Notes under the pieces: model-generated
Databases searched by the model: none
Told to the model about the DNA's origin: nothing
The model's input: the letters and a program-made list of their open reading frames with translations, nothing else
Part shown: positions 59,410 through 64,000 of the stretch, piece after piece
Numbering within the stretch: position 1 is the first letter of the stretch
How the letters are laid out: every line of letters starts with the position of its first letter
NCBI GenBank assembly: GCA_043808705.1
Contig: JAZDEO010000013.1
Span: forward strand, 8,081-72,080
Direction: 5' to 3'
Length of the DNA: 64,000 nt
From: an archaeon
GTDB taxonomy: Archaea > Nanobdellota > Nanobdellia > SCGC-AAA011-G17 > GW2011-AR20
Made by a program: the position numbers and the translations under genes

Positions 59410-59721
59410 ATGATACAGCATAATACTCAATATTTTGAATCAATACTTCAACTAAGGCCATTTAATCAAGAAGTTCTAGATTACGTAATAAAGAAGATAA
59501 AAGAAAACGGAACAGTATTTATCTCAAAAGAAATACAATTAAAAACAGGCATAGATCTTTATTTAAGTTCAAACAGGTTTGCTATTGCTCTAGGCAAGAT
59601 GTTAAGGAAAAGGTTTAAGGGTACTGTAAAATTATCAAGAAGTTTATATTCAAGAGATAAGCAAACAACAAAGCTTTTGTACAGGGTTACAGTCTGTTTT
59701 AGGTTACAAAAAGATTTATAA
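59410..59721 (+). CDS. hypothetical protein (103 aa)
   Basis: ORF track only; in translation-factor cluster. Confidence 0.3.
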   Translation: MIQHNTQYFESILQLRPFNQEVLDYVIKKIKENGTVFISKEIQLKTGIDLYLSSNRFAIALGKMLRKRFKGTVKLSRSLYSRDKQTTKLLYRVTVCFRLQKDL

Positions 59722-59743
59722 AATAATCTTATTTCTAGATAGT

Positions 59744-60061
59744 ATGGAAAACACTAATAACGAAGAACTAGTAAGAGTCAAAGTGCCTAGAGGTAATCAG
59801 ATAATAGGCATAATAGATCAGAGACTAGGTGGCAGTAGAACAAGAGTAAGATGTTTAGACGGAAAAACAAGAGTATGCAGGATTCCTGGAAGATTAAAAA
59901 GAAAATTATGGATAAGAGAGGGTGATATATTATTAATAGAACCTTGGGAATTTGAGAAAGACACTAAAGGAGATATTATATTTAAATATAAACAAACACA
60001 GATTGACTGGTTAAAGAATAAAGGTTTCTTAAAGGATTTGGAAATAAAAGAAGAATTTTAG
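59744..60061 (+). CDS. translation initiation factor 1A (aIF1A, S1-like)
   Basis: VRVKVPRGNQIIGIIDQRLGGSRTRVRCLDGKTRVCRIPGRLKRKLWIREGDILLIEPWE. Confidence 0.9.
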   Translation: MENTNNEELVRVKVPRGNQIIGIIDQRLGGSRTRVRCLDGKTRVCRIPGRLKRKLWIREGDILLIEPWEFEKDTKGDIIFKYKQTQIDWLKNKGFLKDLEIKEEF

Positions 60062-60063
60062 AT

Positions 60064-60570
60064 ATGGAACAATTAAAGATTCCAAAAGATAGAATTCCTT
60101 GTTTGATAGGTGTTAAAGGTAAAGACAAGAGGAATATAGAAAAAATTACAAACACCAAGATTACAGTTGATTCTAAAGAAGGAGACATTATTATTGAAGG
60201 TGAAAGTTTAGATTGTTTTTTATGTAAGAACATAGTTAAGGCTATATCAAGAGGTTTTAATCCAAAAATTGCCTTACATTTAGTAAATGAAAATTACACA
60301 TTAGAAATAGTAAATATGGACGAATTTACAAAAGGTTCAAAGAATAATCTTATTAGAATAAGATCAAGAATTATCGGAACAAAAGGTAAAGCTAGAAAGA
60401 CGATAGAGCAACTTACAGAAACAGATATAATTGTTTATGGTAAAACAGTTTCTATTATAGGAGAACAGGATAAGGTATATCTAGCAAAAAGAGCAGTAAT
60501 AAATTTATTACAAGGATCAGAGCATTCTAATGTATATTCTTTTATACAAAGAAATAAAAAAGATTTATAA
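60064..60570 (+). CDS. tandem KH-domain RNA-binding protein (Dim2/Pno1-like)
   Basis: Two KH GxxG motifs: IGVKGKDKRNIEKIT and IGTKGKARKTIEQLT. Confidence 0.75.
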   Translation: MEQLKIPKDRIPCLIGVKGKDKRNIEKITNTKITVDSKEGDIIIEGESLDCFLCKNIVKAISRGFNPKIALHLVNENYTLEIVNMDEFTKGSKNNLIRIRSRIIGTKGKARKTIEQLTETDIIVYGKTVSIIGEQDKVYLAKRAVINLLQGSEHSNVYSFIQRNKKDL

Positions 60571-60595
60571 ATAGTCTTTTTTCTACAAGGAAAGA

Positions 60596-63500
60596 ATGAC
60601 AGAACAAAAAAATGCAAATGAACTAGCAAAAGAATTTAGATCAGTAAGTGTTTCAGACTTTTTTGCCAGAAACAGACATCTTCTTGGCTATGATAATCCA
60701 ATAAAGGCATTGTTAACAGTAATTAAAGAGGGTGTTGATAATTCTGTTGATGCATGTGAGGAAGCTGGAATTCTTCCAGATGTTTATATAGAAATAAAAC
60801 AATTAAATGAAACAAGATTTATTATTATTCTAGAGGATAATGGCCCGGGAATTGTTAAGAAACATATTCCAAATGTTTTTGCATCTTTGCTTTATGGAAC
60901 AAAATTCCATAGGTTAAGACAAAGTAGAGGAGTCCAAGGTATTGGTATTTCTTCTGCTGTTTTATATGCTCAATTAACAACAGCCAAGCCAACAAAGATA
61001 TGGTCTAAAATAGATGGAAATAATAAAGCATTTTATTATGAGCTTCATATTAACACTCAAAAAAATGAGCCAGAAATAGTTAAAGAAGAAGATATTGATT
61101 GGCCTAATAAAAAAACAGGCATTAAAATAGAACTAGAAATAGAAGCAAAATACCAGAAAGGTCAGCAATCAGTAGATCAATATTTAAAACAGACAGCAAT
61201 AGCAAACCCCCATCTTCAAATTACTTATATAAGTCCACTTGGTGAAAAATTAGAATTTCCTAGAGCAACAAAAGAGCTTCCAAAAGAGCCTAAAAGAATA
61301 AGTCCTCATCCTTATGGTATTGAACTGGGCATTTTAATGAAAATGCTTAGTGATACAAAACATGGAAAATTATCAAGTTTTTTGCAAAATGAATTCTGTA
61401 GGGTTTCTCCAAATGTTTCAAAAGAGATTTGTGAAAAAGCAAGCCTTCCTGAAAATTCCAGACCCTCAAGAATAGCAAGGCAGGAAGCTGAAAAATTATT
61501 TAAAGCAATTCAGGAAACAAAAATAATGGCTCCTCCTACAGATTGTTTAAGCCCTATAGGTCAAGAGCTTTTAGAAAAAGGTCTTAAAAAAGAGATTAAT
61601 GCTGATTTTTATGCATCAGTAACAAGAAGCCCCTCTGTTTATAGAGGTAATCCATTCCAGATTGAATGTTGTACAGGAGATACAAAATTAATATCAGAAG
61701 AAGGCGGTATCTTAAATATAAAAGATTTTGTAGAAAATAAGATTAACAAAAAAGTTTTTGCTATGGATTCTAATCTAAAAATTAGACCTGTAAAAGTAAT
61801 TGCTTGGCACAAATTTAAAAATAAACATAAAATACTTAAAATAAAAACTAAATCTGGTAGAAGTTTAAAAATTACTGACAATAATCAACTACCAATTATT
61901 GAAAATGGAGAAATTATATGGAAAGAATCTAAAGATGTAATGGCTGGTGATTTTATCGCTTCTCCTAGAAAGTATAATATAAAAGGCTATGTGCCTAATA
62001 TTTTGGATTTATTTAAAGAAAATGAAAAAGATATTCAAATTTGTGACAAAGAAATTATTATTTTAGTTTTAGACCTATTAAAAAATAAGTTTAGTTCTTT
62101 AAAAAAATCCTCAAAGAAACTGAATATTGATTATGATTATTTTAAAGCAATGTATAGAAAAGGGAATTCTACAAAACCTTCTTTAGATTTATTTAAAAGA
62201 ATGTGTACTTTAGCAGAATTAAAGGATAATTTTATTTATAACATAAAAAAGATTAGGTTTGTTAATAATAGATTTAAGAACCCTAAATCAATAAACATCC
62301 CAAAAATAAATGAAGACCTGTTTTATGTTTTAGGATTATTAAATTCAGATGGTTTCATTTCTAAGAAGTTAGTATCTTTTGTTAATAAGGATGAATATTT
62401 ACATAGTCTATATTCTTTAAAGATTTATCAACTATTTGGTTTAAAAACTAAAAGATATAATATTAATTCTAGTATTTACAATAAGACTTTATCTGAAGTT
62501 CTTAATAGACTTGAAAAAATAATTTGTAAACTTCCAGATTATTTAGTAATAGCTTGGTTGAAAGGATTTGTTGATGGAGATGGTTGGGTTAATTTAAAAG
62601 ATGGAGTAATAAAAAGAATAGGTATTACTACAGCAAAAGAAGAGAAAGCAGAATTTACACAATTTTTACTATTAAGATTAGGTATAATCTCCAAAATTGA
62701 AAGAAAAGGGGTTTCTAATTGTCAAGGTAATATAAATGGAAGAATTATTAAAACATTAAAACCACAGTATAATATCATTATCAGAGATTTTGAAAATATT
62801 AACAAATTTTCTTTATTAATATCTTTTAGGCAATTAAATAGATCACATTTATTATCTAAAGGATTGATTAAACAACTTAAACACTTAAAAGACATTGTAC
62901 CTTTAGGCAAACTCTTAAAAAGATTTAGAGAAGAAAACAATTTATATCAATATGAATTAGGTTTTTCTGATGATAATATAAGGAGTATTGAGAAAGGCAA
63001 TTATCATATTGGACGAGGAAATCTGCAGAAGATTATTGAACTTCAAAATTATTCTAGTGACTCCTTTGAAAAATTGAAAAATTTAGCTTATTCAGATGTA
63101 TTATGGGATAAGATTACTGATATTGAGTTAGTAGAAAATGAAAATTATGTTTATGATTTAACTACAGAAGTTGGTAATTTTGTTGCAGACAATATTATAA
63201 TGCATAACTGTGCTATAGCCTATGGAGGAGACATAGAAAAAGAGGATGTAATAAGATTATTGAGATTTGCAAATAGAGTTCCTTTACTTTATCAGAAAGG
63301 GGCATGTGCTGTTACAAGAGCAGTAGGTGAAACAAATTGGAAACAATATGGATTACAACAATCAGGAAAAAATCTACCTGTAGGTCCAATTGTCTTAGTT
63401 GTTCATATAGCATCAGTATGGGTCCCATTCACATCAGAGGCTAAAGAAGCAATAGCTCATTATCCTGAAATAATCAAGGAAATAAAACTTGCTTTACAGG

Positions 63501-63715
63501 AATGTGGAAGACAATTAGGAATTTACATTAGAAAACATATCAAAGCTAAAGAACAAAAAGAAAAAGCAAATTTGTTTGAAAAATACATTCCTGAATTAGC
63601 ATCATCACTTTCAAATTTAACAGGCGACAAAAAAGATAAGATAGAGGAAGATCTATTAAAGATATTAAAGAAAGGAATTCCAGAAATAGAAGAAAATGGA
63701 CAAATCGAAAAATAA
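60596..63715 (+). CDS. top6B: DNA topoisomerase VI subunit B interrupted by a 514-aa intein
   Basis: GHKL/Bergerat ATPase (VDNSVDACEEAG…ILEDNGPGI…LLYGTKFH). Exteins …GNPFQIE | CAIAYGGDIE. Spliced extein 525 aa. Confidence 0.9.
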   Translation: MTEQKNANELAKEFRSVSVSDFFARNRHLLGYDNPIKALLTVIKEGVDNSVDACEEAGILPDVYIEIKQLNETRFIIILEDNGPGIVKKHIPNVFASLLYGTKFHRLRQSRGVQGIGISSAVLYAQLTTAKPTKIWSKIDGNNKAFYYELHINTQKNEPEIVKEEDIDWPNKKTGIKIELEIEAKYQKGQQSVDQYLKQTAIANPHLQITYISPLGEKLEFPRATKELPKEPKRISPHPYGIELGILMKMLSDTKHGKLSSFLQNEFCRVSPNVSKEICEKASLPENSRPSRIARQEAEKLFKAIQETKIMAPPTDCLSPIGQELLEKGLKKEINADFYASVTRSPSVYRGNPFQIECCTGDTKLISEEGGILNIKDFVENKINKKVFAMDSNLKIRPVKVIAWHKFKNKHKILKIKTKSGRSLKITDNNQLPIIENGEIIWKESKDVMAGDFIASPRKYNIKGYVPNILDLFKENEKDIQICDKEIIILVLDLLKNKFSSLKKSSKKLNIDYDYFKAMYRKGNSTKPSLDLFKRMCTLAELKDNFIYNIKKIRFVNNRFKNPKSINIPKINEDLFYVLGLLNSDGFISKKLVSFVNKDEYLHSLYSLKIYQLFGLKTKRYNINSSIYNKTLSEVLNRLEKIICKLPDYLVIAWLKGFVDGDGWVNLKDGVIKRIGITTAKEEKAEFTQFLLLRLGIISKIERKGVSNCQGNINGRIIKTLKPQYNIIIRDFENINKFSLLISFRQLNRSHLLSKGLIKQLKHLKDIVPLGKLLKRFREENNLYQYELGFSDDNIRSIEKGNYHIGRGNLQKIIELQNYSSDSFEKLKNLAYSDVLWDKITDIELVENENYVYDLTTEVGNFVADNIIMHNCAIAYGGDIEKEDVIRLLRFANRVPLLYQKGACAVTRAVGETNWKQYGLQQSGKNLPVGPIVLVVHIASVWVPFTSEAKEAIAHYPEIIKEIKLALQECGRQLGIYIRKHIKAKEQKEKANLFEKYIPELASSLSNLTGDKKDKIEEDLLKILKKGIPEIEENGQIEK
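61667..63208 (+). mobile_element. intein with LAGLIDADG endonuclease in top6B
   Basis: CCTGDTKLISEEG (block A) … DNIIMHN + Cys(+1); LAGLIDADG blocks LGLLNSDGFIS, WLKGFVDGDGWVN. Confidence 0.85.
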
Positions 63716-64000
63716 ACCAAAAGATGAACTAAGATTCTTAGGAAAGAAGATAGTTGATAAGATAGAGAAAAAAGAGAATCCTTATTTAGAAGTACAAACA
63801 AGAGGATTATCAAACGTATCTTATGATAAAAAATCAAAGACTTTAAAATTAGGAGAAAATATATCTAAAAGATATTTCTTTAATGTAGCACACTCAAAAA
63901 AATTTCTTCAGACAGTTGAAATAGCCTCTATATGTAAGAATTTATTAGAAGAAGGAAAACACGCGAGCTTAAGAGATGTCTTCTATATGGCTAAAAGAAC
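63696..64000 (+). CDS. top6A: DNA topoisomerase VI subunit A, N-terminal fragment (runs off window)
   Basis: Hand-translated (not in ORF track). ATG at 63696 in +1 frame overlapping the last 20 nt of top6B: MDKSKNKPKDELRFLGKKIVDKIE…SLRDVFYMAKR. Call rests on conserved top6B-top6A synteny plus the open frame. Confidence 0.55.
   Translation, partial: MDKSKNKPKDELRFLGKKIVDKIEKKENPYLEVQTRGLSNVSYDKKSKTLKLGENISKRYFFNVAHSKKFLQTVEIASICKNLLEEGKHASLRDVFYMAKR

Noticed and set aside
59982-60233. 83-aa minus-strand ORF spanning aIF1A/KH gene junction
   Set aside because: Antisense to two well-supported genes; hydrophobic low-complexity translation.
1-64000. CRISPR arrays, rRNA genes, IS/transposases, toxin-antitoxin or restriction-modification cassettes
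   Set aside because: No regularly spaced direct repeats, no rRNA-like conserved stretches, no transposase or integrase motifs, and no methyltransferase-nuclease pairs found on reading both strands.

Overview
This is a dense, AT-rich (roughly 30% GC by eye) archaeal chromosomal segment, gene-packed on both strands with many 4-20 nt start/stop overlaps. The gene set and compaction suggest a small-genome, DPANN-like archaeon, but this is inference only.

Coding content:
- Information processing: family-B DNA polymerase, MCM, RFC small and large subunits, FEN-1, topoisomerase VI B plus the start of A, a type IA topoisomerase, a RadB-like protein, Cdc48, TBP, aIF1A, aIF2-beta, SerRS, an IleRS-like class I aaRS, a DEAD-box helicase, and Trm5/Taw2-like and RlmE methyltransferases.
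- Small metabolic core: a porGDAB pyruvate:ferredoxin oxidoreductase operon, GlmS, PRPP synthetase, a geranylgeranyl reductase, and MAP2.
- Envelope: LemA-HtpX and a membrane-anchored cyclophilin.
- One RNA gene: tRNA-Lys(CTT) at 1685-1772 with an apparent 14-nt intron in the D-arm.

The two most striking points:
- Four genes carry in-frame inteins, each with two LAGLIDADG endonuclease blocks. The hosts are PorB (a metabolic enzyme), FEN-1, a HerA/DUF87-like ATPase (in its P-loop), and Top6B. PolB, MCM, RFC-S and Cdc48 are intein-free.
- An ~11 kb Tad/Epd-like type IV pilus locus spans 11.6-22.3 kb. It has a secretion ATPase, two separate TadB/TadC-like genes, a KaiC/FlaH-like ATPase, and a divergent operon of five class-III-signal-peptide proteins, one being an 862-aa vWA-domain protein with a Cys/Trp-rich motif.

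Smaller oddities: a voltage-sensor-like membrane protein with no pore domain; a multipass membrane protein paired with a Q/N/P-rich coiled-coil protein; and a PD-(D/E)xK-like protein plus an unannotated 44-aa AbrB/SpoVT-like ORF beside PolB and FEN-1.

No CRISPR array, rRNA, transposase/IS or recognisable canonical defence system was seen. All calls rest on motifs read by eye from the translations; no searches were run.
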